Positions 30,811 to 45,355 of a stretch of 64,000 bases of DNA are shown one piece after another. The first letter of the stretch is position 1; each line of letters begins with the position of its first letter. The DNA is from Eledone cirrhosa (lineage: Eukaryota): contig OZ024747.1 in assembly GCA_964016885.1 (NCBI GenBank), positions 25,668,001 to 25,732,000 of the forward strand, read 5' to 3'. The translations under genes were made by a program, and so were the position numbers. The notes under the pieces were generated by a model. That model was not told the origin of the DNA. It saw nothing but the letters and a program-made list of their open reading frames with translations, and did not search any database.

Positions 30811-33800
30811 GTTTATATATGTGTATACATATATTTTCATACACACACATCATCATCATCTTTTTAAATACATTTTCTATGCTGGCATGGGTTGGATGGG
30901 TTGGTTGGATTGTCTTGTTCTCTGACTACATGGGTCTAAGGTCACAACACGCTCATATGTTCCATTTTGGCATAGTTGCTATGGCGGATCCCTTTCCTAT
31001 CCCCAACCATTTTACAGAACTTACTGGTTGAATTTTATCAAGGCACCAGTACAACTACTCTACAGAGTATACTAAGTGCTTTTCTTTGTGGCACCAGCAT
31101 TATTATTTTATATGTCTGAAGTTATTCAAAGACATAATCACCAATTTCTTTCAGAGCTACATTATCCAATGTGTTCTTTTATTAACATTTTTGATACCTG
31201 GTTTAAATATACAACATGATTTGTTTTAAAGTGCTTATATTTATTTAAAAACTTTCCATCATAATTTTATGTATAAAAGTTTCAAACACCAGGTTAATAA
31301 TGACAATTTAATTATATTTTCAAATTCTTGATTATTTTCAAAATTATTTGAAAATTATAGGCTCTGTCTTACATTAGAAATATGGTAACAAAAGTGTTAA
31401 GATGGTAGTTTGTATAATTTGTGTTACAATTGACTATTAGGTGGATGGGCAGTATCGGTAGAGGGTCGGACGCCATGCTTTGCAGCATAGAGTTATGCCC
31501 CTCTGCGGTCTGAGTTCAAATAGTGCTGAAGTTAATTTTGTCTTTCATCCTTATGGGGTCGATAAAATAAAGTACCAGTAATGCACTGGGATAATTACTG
31601 GCCTTGTGCCATAAAGTAGAAACAGTTATTTGTAGCGAGTCGAGAGAACCTGTAGAGGTGCCCTCATTGGCTTGAAAACAACAATAATGAAGGTGATGGT
31701 GGTGATGGAGATCAGTGACTCATGACGAAACATTCTGATGAACCACACAGAAATTCTGAAATGTCTCTAAGAAGTAAAATGGTTAAACTCAGAAGCTCCA
31801 GTAATTATATTTCATAATCAAATTGAATATTTTTCAACCATTTCTTCAAATGATAGTCCACTGTTACCACCACCACCACCACCACCACCACTAGAATTGC
31901 TGCAACCCCTGCTACTCCTTGCTAGCATCAGAACCACTAATGCTGCCATCGCCACCACCAACACAGCTGCCCCCACCAATCGTTGCTGCCCCCCCCCCCC
32001 CCCCCCCCCCTCCCATCATCATCATCTCTTCAGTTGTATGTGATTCTATGTAGAATTTCTTTTAGAAAATTTCTTTCCAGTCTTATGAATGTTCTAAGCA
32101 CATTATCATATGAAAAGCCATAAAACCTGAAGGAGTGTCACATGACCTGAAGGAGTGTCATAAAACTCAGATTGAAACCAGTGATCTTGATGTCATTTAA
32201 CCCCAGGTCAACTCTGAATCAATCAGACTCATGATCAAAGGCATTCTAACAGCAAACATCACATTTTTTCCCCATTTTTTAATATTCTAGGCCTAAAATA
32301 TCTCAGATTACATCATCTAATGTTCTATTCTTTTTTTTTAATGATTTTAGGGTATAATTTGAGACAGGATTAGTTGTACAGGCAGTGAATTGGCAGAGTT
32401 GTTAGAGCATAAGATTAAATGCCTTGGTATTTGTTCTGGCACTATGCATTCTCTGCAGAGGTTAAATTTGCTTTTCATCTTTTCAGGGTCAATAAATAAA
32501 TAAAGTACCAGTCCAGATGCAGTGCATTGGCAAAATTGTTGAAGAGCCAGACAAAATATTTTGTGGTATCTGATCCAGATCTGTGCATTCTGAGTTCAAA
32601 CTCTACCTCTGTCTGTCAGATGCTGTGACTGGCAGACAGTATCAACGATACCACCACCAATAGAAACATAGTTTCCTTGGTCAAATCTGACAATTAGCTC
32701 CTTTTCTTTACATGAGGGAAATTTGGTTGTTAATTCAAACACATAGAGGCTCCATCATTGATTTGATAGTGATTTTGTTGAATGTTGTTACTATGTATCA
32801 GCTTCAGTTGAATGTTGAAGCTCATTTATCCCTTTTGGTACCAAACCACCTGAAACTATCCATGGTTCTATGATACAAAACTGTAATATATGTGTGTATG
32901 AGCTCGTAACTTCTGGTGGAGTTGTAAGTGCATCATCATAACATACAACATTTCTTAGGTATTTTAAACCTGGTGGAGCCCACCCCTCTCCAGATATGAA
33001 CACAGCCAATTTCTTCCAGAGAAGGGGAGAGGGTGATAGAGAGGAAGAAGGAAATGATATTGAGAATAAATCGACTCCAGTACTGGACTGGTACTTCAGC
33101 CTCGAAAGAATGAGAGGCAAAGTTGACCTTGGTGGGATTTAAACTCAGAATGCAGAAAGCTGGAATGCATACCACAAAGCATTTTATCCAATGTTCTAAT
33201 GACTGCCAATTCGTTGCCTAAATATCTAAAAACCTTCCATGATAGTTTTATGTAAAAACCTGTGTTTACTTATATTCCAAAAATCAACTAAATAATGAGA
33301 GAGATAGTTATATTACTGAATCCTTTCAAATTCTTGATTATTTAAAAAATCATTAGAAAATCATAGGTAGTCTCTTTCATTGGGAATATGGTGATGAAAG
33401 GGTTAACATGTGAGAATGTTTGATTCATATCATTTATACCAGTATGAAGGTGAATTGAGTCAATGTTGAATTGATTATATCACAAATGTAACAATGTTCT
33501 TTTTGTCTTAGTGTTGAAATTGCATCATATATTCTGACCTACAAATATTTGAATAAAACTAAGCAAAGAATGTCATGTTGAGTTATGCATGTGGATGCAG
33601 CATAGCTAGATAGTTAAGATGTTTGCTTTGCAATCATAAGATTCTGGGTTCAATACCACTGCATAGTGTCTTTGGTCTATGTTGTTTACAATATCTTTAG
33701 TTCAACCTGAGCCTTATGAATGAATCTGGGTAAACAAATTGTTTAGATGTTTGTAATTCAAAGGGTCGGGCCTGTCACAAACTATGTCATGAGGAATCTC

Positions 33801-35224
33801 CCTGAGAATTATGTTAATGGTACACATATGTGGAATAGTCAGCCACTTACATGTTAATTTCATGAACTGACTGTTCCATTGATCAAACAAATGTAACCAC
33901 TCATCATCAAAACTAACAGCAGCCCACTCCTTGTTGAGTTAAAATTATAAAACAGTGTAGTTATTTTCACTGCAGTATTTTTTGATCACCAAAGTTTAAT
34001 AAAAGTGAAGAATGGCTCTAACTAGGTCATTTCTAGGCTCAAAAGATTACCTATAAATTGACTAGATAACAGTGTACAGATACACACACACAGCATTTCG
34101 AATATATGTATTAGGATATGTTCACAAATTATACACATTATATTTTCTAAGTAAAAAAAAAGAGGTGGGGTGGATGAAAATTTGAAAAATTCTAAATATA
34201 TAGAACAAAATGACTTGTGGTATATTTTCCTGCTCACTCTGATCTGAGTTCAAATCTTATCAGGGTCAACTTTACTTCTCATGCTTTCAAAATCAATAAA
34301 ATAGCATACCAATGTAGGATGGGGAATTAGTAGGATTAGATGCCTTGCTTTACTTGTTGAGGTTCTTTGCATTCTAAGATCAAATCCTGCTGTAGCCTAA
34401 TTGGGTTGTATTCTTGGACGCCCCGTTTAACACCGATACTGAGCCCTTGGGTGCTTCTAGCATAGTTCACTCTGTTGGAAGCATATGAGCCAGGTCTCTG
34501 GTTTGAGGATACTTCCTCCCTCCATCCCACAATCTTGGAAGACCTGTAAAAGGCAATGGACACTATCCTTCTCTTTCTGACTCAACAGTGATAAAGGAAA
34601 AAAAAAAAGAAAGGGGGTTATTACTATAACTGAAGATGCTGGGGCAGAAAACTTATGTCTATATCTTCTGAAATGTAGATTAATGGATTAACTCTTTTCA
34701 TACCAAACTAGCCAAAACCACCTATTTTAAGAATTTTTATTCAAATTATAAACTTCTAAGATAATTTTATATGAAAGACATATGTTACGTTAGTATGTTA
34801 GTAATGAAATAATTAATAATTTGATTAAATCCTTGCAAATTCTTCATTGATTAATCGAAATAGAGTGTGTTACATTAGAAATATAGTCACGAAAGGCTTT
34901 CATCTAAGTTTAAATCTTTGTCAGTTTCAAATTCATAATTAATATAATATCACTAGAAATAGAATCAAATGTCAAAAATCCATATTATGTGGTGACATTG
35001 CAGATGATTTTATATGGCAGTTAATTGATGGTGAATCTCTTCTGGGATTTAGTTCCAATCCTGAAGTCAAATACCTTCTGTTTTATGTCAGTGTCCCCTT
35101 AAGGAAATAATGACGTAAATAAAGGTATTTCAGAATAGTGACATTACTAACCAGTATTCCTTCTGTATAAATCTGATGTTACATTCCTAGAGCAATCAAT
35201 ACAAACTTCTGTGTTGATAGTAAT

Positions 35225-35274
<50 letters not shown>

Positions 35275-35875
35275 TCATCATCCATCATTATCATTTGATT
35301 TTGATTTTTCCATACTTCCATAGCTGGAGTGCACACACACCCACACTCACACACACACATACACACACACATATATATAAATATGATGATATATATATAT
35401 ATATATCAATCATTGATATATATATATGATATATATATCATTGTTGTTGTTATATACTATGGCTACATATACCTAGTCTATATATTATTGTATTTCCCTC
35501 ATATAACTTTGTGTTCATTTTGATGGAGAAATGAATTCATTTCTCACATCATTAAATGCTTAGAGACCACCTCAAATAATTAAACTGGTGTTTGCCCTAT
35601 TGCAGCTTCAGATTCGATGTAATAATTGATTAAATATATATATATAATATATATATGTATATATACCGTCCAAATTATTCTCAAGCATCAGAAAAAACTT
35701 CCTACCTACACATAGATGCCACCAAATCGTTAATATTTTAACGATTAAACTCTCATACTCTACCTCACCAAATCTACAGCAGAGGATAAATGTGTCAAAT
35801 ATCTCAAAACTTGCAATTGATTTAGCACATGATCATATCTCAATACCAAATACAGAGCCTAGATTAACTCCTAAT

Positions 35876-36219
35876 AATTGTTTCTACTTTAGACAAAAGG
35901 CCAGCAATTTGAAGGGTAGGGGAAAATCAAACAAATCAACCCCAGTGAGTTACTGGTACTTTATTTTATCAACCCCATAACGATGAAAGGCAAAGCTAAC
36001 CTTGGTGGGATTTGGAATCAGAACGTAAAGTGCCATAACTCTATGCTGCGAAACATTTGGTCTGATGCTCTACTGATAGTGCCAATTCAAATACACAGAA
36101 CTCGGTAAATCACAATAGCAACATTAATAGTGGTACCAACACAACTAGGATAGATACGGAGGTGTTTAATGAATCAACTAGCTCTTCTGTAGTTATACAC
36201 AATGCCCTCACTAATGCAG

Positions 36220-36278
<59 letters not shown>

Positions 36279-36500
36279 TGTTTCTACTTTTGGCACAAGG
36301 CCAGCAATTACTCAGTTCATTACCGGTACTTTATTTTATCGACCCTGTAAGGATGAAAGGCAAAGTTAACCCCGACGGGATTTGAACTCAGACAGTAAAG
36401 GGACGTAACTATGCTGGAAAGCATGGCGTCCAACCCTCTACCGATACTGCCAATTCACCGCCCTAATAATAATAATAATAATAATTATAATAATAATATA
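35876..36500 (-). mobile_element. Two second-family SINE copies with (AAT)n tracts
   Basis: Same motifs as 26052-26246 in reverse complement; (aat)n at 36221-36278. Confidence 0.85.
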
Positions 36501-37859
36501 GCTGATACCCACCCTAGGATTCATAATGAACTTAAACAAGCACCTAAAAATGAAAACAGTAACTGTAAAATCCTCCATATCCAGAATACCTCTGATGATA
36601 CACGTATCCTAAGCTACAATTGCAGAATTAAAATATAGTGCCTGCTTAAGGGAAAATTGTTTAATTAGCAGTCAAGTTTATCAATGTCAACTCATTACAA
36701 AAAACAAAACACAATCTTACATAGGAGCAATAGCTAATTCTTTCAAGAAATGATTTTGTTCTCATTCACATTCATTTAATTATAGTAAACTGGCAAATAC
36801 AACTTTGCCAGCGGAAGCTATTAATAAATGTATACTTAAGAGTATCAAATATAATTTAGAATAGACCATCTTAAAAAAAAAACATATCAAGGAGATTGCA
36901 GGGAATGTCTGTTATGCTCACAGGAGATTTTCTAAATCATGATCTCTTCTTAATAATAAACAAAAACTAATAATATCCTGCAATCATAAAATCTTTTAGA
37001 TACTACAAACCTACCTAGTTTTTAACACCACTACACTTTCTTCTATTAAAATAACATCCTTCCAAATATCCAAATTCACAGAAGTCCTTCCCAAGAGTGC
37101 TTACATTAGATACTGCTGAACATGAATTGCCTTATTTCATGAATTTGGTGGTGGATTGGCACTATTGGTAGAACATCAAACACCATGCTTTCAAACCCTG
37201 CCGAGGTTAGCTTTGCCTTTTATTCTTATGGGGTCAATATAATAAAGTACTAGTAATGCACTGGGGTTGATTTAATCGACTTTCCCTCTCCCTCAAAATT
37301 GCAGACCTTGTGCCTAAATCAGAAACCATTATTTCATGAACTGAAATTTGGACAATTGAAAATCAGTTATTTTATCTATTTTTATCTAATTTTTATCCAT
37401 TTTCTATCTATTTTTATTTTAAATTTCAGTGATTATTTGTATTTTCATATTTATTGAGTTAAAATTTATGGAAGCATAAAAAAGTAATAAATATATCAAT
37501 AATTAAAATAAATGTTTAGTGACTATTAATTTTAACTGACTAAATTATATCAGTACAGGAGATAATCTACATTAAAAATATGGCTGGGAATATAACCTAG
37601 GTGGGGTTACAATTTTATGATAAATTGGAGAGCAAAAGGAAAGCTTTTTGAACATGTGTGTCTGAGATAAAAGTTAAGGTTCATTAGAAACATATATATA
37701 AATATATATAAACATTAGAAGCATATATATAAATATTCATCTCAGGAATTTTACCTGCCCTATATATATATATCATCATCATCATCATCATTTTACATCT
37801 GCTTTTCCCTGCTTGCAATATATATATATATACACAGATACACATATTTTAATCATATG

Positions 37860-39050
37860 AATAGGGTTTCTCTGAATTTGGATGCAATTGTATTTGCAAA
37901 CCTGTTCCTGACTTCCTTATCTGCCAGTGCTTTATCCGGTCAGTTGAGTTCGACATGCAAGTTTTGTGGGCTTTCTTGGCTTTAGGTAGCCTTAGGCTGC
38001 AGATAACTAGATGGTGATCAGTTCACATCTCAGCCCCTACCTTAACATGATCATCCAGCACAGAATCAAAGAGATCAGAGACAATAATAAAATCAACTAT
38101 TGATCTCTGTCTCTGATTCCCTTTATAACATATGTATTTATGGATGACTTTGTGCTGAAAGGTGTTCATAATAAAGAGTCCATTACTAGAACAGAAGTCT
38201 AATAAGGCCTCTCTATTTATATTCAGATTGGGATCACCATTCCTTCCAACCACCTTTATCCATGTCAGATAGTCAGTGCTAACATGTGCAATGAAGTCTC
38301 CCATTAGGATATATGACTCAGTCTTAACTACATGTAACACTACATGTGACTTCATCAAGAAACTATCTGTATTCGGGATCTCTGTTTGGTGCATAAACTT
38401 GCATCATCCACAGAGACCTTTCTTTCAGCCGAAAGACAAGAAGCAAATCCCCCTTTCCAATGGGATCCAACCCATAACATATTCTGACACCTAAGGGTTT
38501 GTGTGTATCCCTACTCCTGCCTGTGCAGTCTATTCTGGCACTACATCTGAATAATGGAGTTTCCAGCCTCCATCCAAATTTACAGTACCAGAGCTGCCAC
38601 AAAATGTTGTTAAGCAAACCTCGACTATATCTAGCCAGTTGCATCTCGCCTCTTCCACTAGTTTCTGCTCCTTGCTTGTAAGAGTTGTAATGTTCCATTT
38701 ACCAATTGTCAAGATTTGCTTCCTTCCAGACCCTCTCTAGAGCCACTACTTCTCCGAATTGAGAGATCATAGCTCTGATATTTAAGGACATGTGGTTAGA
38801 ATGTCTCAGAAAAGAATTTCTGGACAGATTTTATGGGTAAAACCAATTGGCAAGGAGGCCGAAAGTTAGAGCTTGAGCAAGATGGTTGGATAATATCCAT
38901 GAGCTGAATTAGTTTTGTTTGGGGATCCAACGATATCAATTGGAGATGGTTACTTGACAGGACCCACTGGAATGTATGCTTGAGGACTCTACCTCAACGA
39001 CCAATCCAGGAATGAGTGGGTGAAGAAAATGAATGGAATTGAAGCTTCCA
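37860..39050 (-). mobile_element. Degenerate RTE 5' region with AP-endonuclease domain
   Basis: TIGKWNITTL...LDIVEV, MQVYAPN, ILMGDFIAHV, IMNTFQHK..HKY and SIVDFIIVS motifs; DH motif at 37975. Confidence 0.85.
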
Positions 39051-39084
39051 TTATGTTTTTTCAATTTCTAATTGGTTGGTAATG

Positions 39085-39662
39085 GCTATGATAATGATGA
39101 TGGTGGTGGTGGTGGTGATGATGGTAGTGGTGGTGGTGATGATGGTAGTGGTGGTGGTGATGATGATGAAGTGATAGTGATGGTAATAGTGCTGACAGTA
39201 ATTATAGTAGTGGTGATGATAGTGGTGGTGCTGGCAGTGGTGGTTATGATAGTGTTGTTGATGGTGGTGATGGTGATGGTGGTGGTGATGATAGTGGTGG
39301 TGATAACAGAGGTGGTTATGATAGAGGTAATGATGATGATAGTGGTGATGACAGTGATTGGTAATGTTGGTATATGTTGTGTGGGTGTCTGTGTAGGTGT
39401 CTTGTACACCACATATAACTGTCAGTTTGGCACACAGAATCTATGTAAGTATGTGTGTGTCTGTGTGTGTATATGTGTATTTTGAATAGCGATTTCATAG
39501 TCAATACAACAAGAACAACAAAAATCAAAGACAGCAACAGAAGTGAAATAACTAAAAAGACCATTAACAACAACAACAACACTCCCAATAACAACAACAC
39601 AATAACAACAATACAAACCACCACCACCACTACCACCACCACCAACAACAACAACAAAACCA
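39085..39662. repeat. (GGT/GAT)n tract followed by a (CAA/CAC)n tract
   Basis: Low-complexity trinucleotide arrays of opposite polarity. Confidence 0.9.
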
Positions 39663-40130
39663 CAAGATTTCAAAACCAAACCAAACTAATCTCAAACTAC
39701 AGCTGTACCCTGCTTGTCTTTCTTCTCCTCTAAAACTTTACACTCCTCAAATACACCCACACCATATACCCAACCCCTGCCCCACCAGATCAATAAATCA
39801 ATAATTGATCTTTCCTGCAGTAATCTGTTTTTGGAGAGAACTGTGACTTGAGTTGGTGAAGTAACCATGTCACAGTGGTCTTGGTGTTGAAATGTGTGTA
39901 TGCACAAACACACATATACATAATAAAGAGGTTAGATCTTCATTACATTTATATATATATATATATATATAAATATATATTTATATATATATACATAGAT
40001 ATATATATATAAATATATATATATATTTATATATATATATATATAAATATATATTTATATATATATACATAGATATATATATATAAATATATATATATAT
40101 TTATATATATACATATATATACATATATAT

Positions 40131-40352
40131 AGTGAAGGCGTGTGGCTGAGTGGTTAGAGTATTGGATTCACAATCGTGAGGTTGTGAGTTCGATTCCTGA
40201 ACCAGGCGATGCGTTATGTCCTTGAGCAAGACACTTTATTTCACGTTGCTCCTTCTACCTGGAGTTGCGACCGATAGATAGTATTAGCAATTGGAAAGAC
40301 CAACGGAAACATAGTTTCCTCGGTCCGATTTGACGAAAGTCGATCGACTAGA
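40131..40352 (+). mobile_element. tRNA-derived SINE inside (TA)n
   Basis: A box tggctgagtgg, B box gttcgattcc, then gtccttgagcaagacactt. Confidence 0.85.
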
Positions 40353-40387
<35 letters not shown>

Positions 40388-40390
<3 letters not shown>

Positions 40391-43300
40391 TCATCATCAT
40401 CATCGTTTAACGTCCATATTCCACGCTTGCATGGGTTTGGACGGGAGTTTTCCCACTTGAGGCAAGAGTGGTTGTCTTGCTCGCATAGGACTGTCTGGCA
40501 GGTTTTCTACGGCTGGATGCCCTTCCTAACACCAACCACGTTTACAGTGTGGACTGGGAGGTTTTTACCGTGTTACCTACACGGCCACATTACAGCGTGG
40601 ACTGTGTGTTTTTTTGTCGTGACACATACACAACCTCATTTGTTTCGTTTCGGACTGGATGTTGTGGTACCAACATAACTTTACATTGAAAGAGGTGGTG
40701 TGGATGGGGTGGGGGTAGTGGGACGGGGGTGTATTTTTGTTAGAGGTGCCTACTGACTGTAGTAGGTTTCACTTTGTACTTAGGTAAGGCGGGTCTTCTG
40801 TATTACTGTGTAGAGCCAAAGATCTCAGTTCAGCGACATTGTCTTGGAGAGGTGTAAGTGTGTGAGGTCGGAATTTATCAAGTCGTCCCAGGTTTTTCTG
40901 GGTCTGCCTACTCCGTGGCTACCGTCTATTTTTATTGCCCTGCACTTTTTTATACAGCTGTCGTCTTTCATGGGCATCACGTGACCATACCAATGTAGTC
41001 TTCTCTTGAGTAAACAACATCTGATCCCTCTTATTTCTAATTTTTCCCTTAGTTCATTCATGCTTTGCCGTTCACGTATATTACTATTACACATCCAGCG
41101 GAGCATGCAAGCTTCGTTCCTCTCCAGTCTGCGTATATCCTCTGCACACAATGCCCAGGTCTCACTGCCATGTAACATTGCTGTTCGTATGCAGGCATCA
41201 TACAGCCTGCTTTTCATTTTTAGAGAGAACCCTTTAGCGGCTAATAGTGGTATAAGCTCTCTGAACCTTTTCCATCCAGTTCTGACTCTAGCTACTGTAC
41301 TTTCAGAACACCCTCCCCCACTGCTGATTTTGTCACCCAGGTAACGGAAGCTGTCTACTATTTCTATAGAACCATCTGTTCAATGGAATGAGCTAGTATT
41401 TTGTGGGCACTTGCTGCTACTTATTGCACCAGAGCACCGGCCACATATAAAATCTATGTTCTTAGTTAGCTTACCTGTGATCCCACTACATCTTTTATGC
41501 ACCCATACTTTGCATTTGGGACATAAAATGGAGTTTCTACCTACTCCTTTCCTACACACTGAGCATAGCCATTTACCGGATGGGACCGGTGCCCTTTTTT
41601 CCTTCCTACAAACTAGAACTTTAGTCTTAGACAGGTTAATTTTAAGGCCTTTTGATTCTAGGCCATGCTTCCATGTTTGGAATTTCTTCTCTAGTTCGGC
41701 CATTGATTCAGCTATGAGCGTTAGATCATCTGCGTATAAGAGTTCCCATGGGCAGCCAGTCATGAACTCCACTGTTATAGCCTGAAGGGCAATAATAAAT
41801 AGTAGGGGGCTAAGAACGGAGCCCTGATGAACACCAACTTTTACGCTAAACTCTTCACTATATTCGTTGCTGACTGTTTCTTTATACATGGCTTGTATAG
41901 CTCTCACAAGCCATTCATCAACACCTAGATTTCTAAGAGCCCACCAGATAATGGAATGGGGGACTTTGTCAAAGGCTTTCTCCAAGTCGACAAAAGCTAA
42001 GTATAGGGGTTTACTTTTAGCTAGGTACTTCTCCTGTAGTTGTCGTACAATGAAAAGAGCATCTGTGGTACTTTTACCTGACACAAACCCGAACTGCATT
42101 TCATCTAGATCAATTCTCTCTCTGATTAGTTGTGCTATTACTTTTTCTGTGACCTTCATGACCTGGTCGATTAATTTAATGCCTCTATAGTTACCCCCAT
42201 CTAGGGTATCACCTTTACCCTTGTAGCAGTTAATGATGATGCTGCTACGCCAGTCCTTCGGAACAACCGCATTCTGTATGACTTGGTTTACTATTCGGGT
42301 GACCATGGTGTGTCCCACCGTTTCAGAAGCTTTCAGCATTTCAGCAACTATTTCCGAAGGCCCAGCTGCCTTACCCGTCTTCATATCTTTGATTGCCTTA
42401 CTTATTATACTATCTTCGACTAACACTGCTGGTCCCTCTATTGGATCGATGTGGGGGAGACTGTCTTTCTCCCATTTATTCTCCTCATTTAGTAGCCTTT
42501 CGTAGTGACACTTCCAAGCTACCTTCTTATCAGCGTCAGTGATGGCAAGTACACCATCATCATTAAGGACACACTTCTCCTCGACAATATCACGGTTTTC
42601 CTTGACACATTGCCTAGCAATCCTGAACACCTCACATTTTTGGTCCTCGCGTTGTAGAACATGCTTGAACTTTCTTTCCTCTGCTTCCCTTCTTGCGAAG
42701 TACATTTGTCTCCTAGCTTCCCTCCTGGCCACTTGATAGTCTTCTCTACTTCCCCCTTCTCGCCATACTTTCCAAGCCTGCTTTTTGACCTTAATTGACT
42801 CCTCCACCTTATTGTTCCACCACCAAGTTACTCTCCTCCTGCTTATAGGCCTGCTTCACCCACAGACTTCATCTGCCGCCATCAGCAGGTTTGCTTTCAG
42901 GAATTCCCACTGTTCCTCTATATTGTACGACTCTAATTGCTCTTCCTTACTGTCGAAAGCATCTAGTAATATGCTTTTAAATTTATTACTGGCTGTGGGG
43001 TCCTTTAGCTTCCATATTTTTCTTCTGAGGATAGTCCTCTTCTGTTGTCGCGTACGTCTCATCCTGACTATGAGGTCGCTAATTATCAGTCTATGTTGGG
43101 AGGTGCATTCTTCATGGGGGAGGGATTTAGTGTTTACAACAGACACTCTGTCACGTCTTCTGGTAAGGATATAATCTACCTGGCTGGTATGTTCCCCTGA
43201 TCTGTAGGTGATCAAGTGATTGTCTCGTTTTTTGAAGTTAGTGTTACAGATAGTTAGGTTATTTGCGTCACAGAATTCCAGGATTCTGGAGCTTTCCTCA

Positions 43301-44311
43301 TTTCTAGTACCAAATCCATAGCCTACATGGATTCCGTCATAGCCATCGCAATGTTGTCCAACGTGACCATTTAGGTCGCCAGCAATAATTATATAGTCAC
43401 TGTCATTTATTTGGGAGCTAGTGAGCATCAGTGTCTCATAGAATCTGTCTTTTATAGCACCAGGCAGTCCGGTTTGGGGTGCTTACGCAGATATTACTGT
43501 CACACTAGTTCTATTTAGAACAAGTCTTATTTTAATTATTCTGTCATTCACTCTATTTACGTCTATTATCTTATCCACCCATTTTTCTGCTAACATGATT
43601 CCTACCCCACCTAGCCCATTGTTATTTCCCACCCAGAAAAGCTTATAGCATCGCTTTTTACCCACAATGAATCTAGCAGACCCGCCCCTCCACCTGGTCT
43701 CTTGGATACAGCAAACATCAACCTCCTTACGTTCAAGCATTTCTACAACCTCGTTAGAGTGGCCTTTTAAGGTGCTACATTCATGGTACCAACTCTGAAG
43801 TTTTGGATTGCGTTTGGTGGGTGGGTCGCGGGGAGGGGTGAGGGGGATGGGGTTGGGGTTTTGTTGGCCATCCGCGGCCGAAACAAAGAGGAGGAGTCCT
43901 TGCCCTTTCGTCCGGCAGCATGAGGTGAATTTGTCATTATCTTTGGCATTATCTCCGAGTGTCCAGATTCTTCAGACTCTCCAGAAATTTCTTAGTCCAT
44001 CCATCATATCGAAAAGCAACCAGGAGAGGTGATAGCATAGGCCGCTGACTTATGATTGGTCCAAATAATAATGGTGGAGATTGGGGGCGGGCGGGAGGGG
44101 TATGGGGTAGTTAGCGAGGAGAAGGTTTTAAATAAAGCAATAAACAGTAACAAGCGATATACTGGGATTTTAAAATACACAAGATTATTTAGAACAGCCA
44201 GACAGAATTATAGAATAGCATTGAGAAAGTAGGATTTGGATTCTGGGCGATTATACAGATATATGGATGAATGAACCGAAGGGTGGGGAGACAAGAAGAA
44301 AATGGTATTTA
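40388..44311 (-). mobile_element. Near full-length RTE-clade LINE (APE-RT-PHD-C-terminus), inactivated
   Basis: APE (VGTMNV, CCIQETRW, AGDLNGHVG, SQVDYIL, SQHR), RT (QFGF, FVDLEKAFD, GVHQGSVLSP, YADD), a Cys/His finger, RRLHWYGHV, GRPRKTW and a (GAT)n tail; split by stops/frameshift near 43770, 43483, 42856 and 41380. Confidence 0.95.
41380..42807 (-). CDS. RTE ORF2 fragment: reverse transcriptase + PHD-type finger
   Basis: 475 aa ORF with RT motifs and CSVC...CPKCKVWVHKRC...FICGRC. Confidence 0.85.
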   Translation of the reverse strand: MEESIKVKKQAWKVWREGGSREDYQVARREARRQMYFARREAEERKFKHVLQREDQKCEVFRIARQCVKENRDIVEEKCVLNDDGVLAITDADKKVAWKCHYERLLNEENKWEKDSLPHIDPIEGPAVLVEDSIISKAIKDMKTGKAAGPSEIVAEMLKASETVGHTMVTRIVNQVIQNAVVPKDWRSSIIINCYKGKGDTLDGGNYRGIKLIDQVMKVTEKVIAQLIRERIDLDEMQFGFVSGKSTTDALFIVRQLQEKYLAKSKPLYLAFVDLEKAFDKVPHSIIWWALRNLGVDEWLVRAIQAMYKETVSNEYSEEFSVKVGVHQGSVLSPLLFIIALQAITVEFMTGCPWELLYADDLTLIAESMAELEKKFQTWKHGLESKGLKINLSKTKVLVCRKEKRAPVPSGKWLCSVCRKGVGRNSILCPKCKVWVHKRCSGITGKLTKNIDFICGRCSGAISSSKCPQNTSSFH

Positions 44312-44706
44312 TATATATACACATACATCTGCATCACCTCCTCCTCCTTCTTATTGCCACCAACACATATCTACATACAAACACAGTTGACCTCTCCTTC
44401 ACAACTAACATATTACTAAGCTTATATATTTCACTACACAGTCCACACTCACTCATACCAAATCATGTGTAAGGTCATAACATCATACAATACTGCTATG
44501 AGGCAGAGATGTGTGATTTATTTATTGATTACAGGAAATTACTATATATTTAATTTAATTATACAAATTTGTATAAAATTGTATAAAACTGCAATCCTTT
44601 AAAGTTCAGTAATGCATCTCTCTGAGGTTTGTGTCCTAGGTGGCTACCTACCTGACCTTAATGGTAGCACAGATTTTGATGACCATCATGCTTTCATTTC
44701 ACATAT

Positions 44707-45049
44707 ATCATCATCATCATCATCATTTTACGTCCGATTTCCCTGCTTGCAAGGGTCGGATGGGAACTGATTCTGGCTTGATTTCTACAGCTGGATGCCC
44801 TTCCTAACACCAACCTCATTTATAGTGAGTGCTGGGTGCTTTTTTTGCTGTGGCACCCCCACAACCACTTTGCAGTGGAATGATAAGGACCCCAGTCCCT
44901 ATCATCTCATTTCTACAGCTGAGTAAACTGGAGCAATGTGAAATAAAGTGTCTTGCTCAAGGAAACAACACATCACCCGGTCTGAGAATTGAACTCACAA
45001 CCTTTCGATTGCAAGGCCAATGCTCTAACCACTAAGCCATGTGCCTCCA
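44707..45049 (-). mobile_element. Full-length tRNA-derived SINE with RTE tail
   Basis: Head ggaggcacatggcttagtggttagagc...gagttcaattct, core motif, (gat)n tail. Confidence 0.9.
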
Positions 45050-45054
45050 TATAT

Positions 45055-45355
45055 ATATAACAATATCTCCCCTGTACAACTGACATGCAACATACATTCA
45101 CCTCATATGTACATATGTACACCCTCCCTTCACAACTACCACACTATTTACATCACATGTATGTACCAGCATCTCTCCTTCAAAAATATCATACATCATG
45201 CATTCACATCACATGTACATACCAACACCTCCCCTTCAAAATTATCATACATCATGCATCCACATCACATGGACATACCAGCACCTCCTCCCTTCAAAAG
45301 TACCATACATCATATATTCACATCATATGCACATATCAACTCAATTACCTCTCCT
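45055..45355. repeat. ~54 bp minisatellite, 5-6 units
   Basis: Recurring catcatgcattcacatcacatgtacataccagcacctccccttcaaaa. Confidence 0.85.

Noticed and set aside
31732-31782. CTGATGA...GAAA hammerhead-like boxes
   Set aside because: Stems I and II do not pair convincingly.
34624-34662. CTGAAGA tgc-tggg-gca GAAA motif
   Set aside because: No room for stem III and the UH site before the stem I partner.
39072-39733. Mucin-like Thr-rich and Val-rich ORFs
   Set aside because: Translations of trinucleotide low-complexity tracts.
40135-40212. tRNA gene
   Set aside because: A and B boxes are present, but the sequence runs into SINE core and lacks a proper acceptor stem; it is a SINE head.
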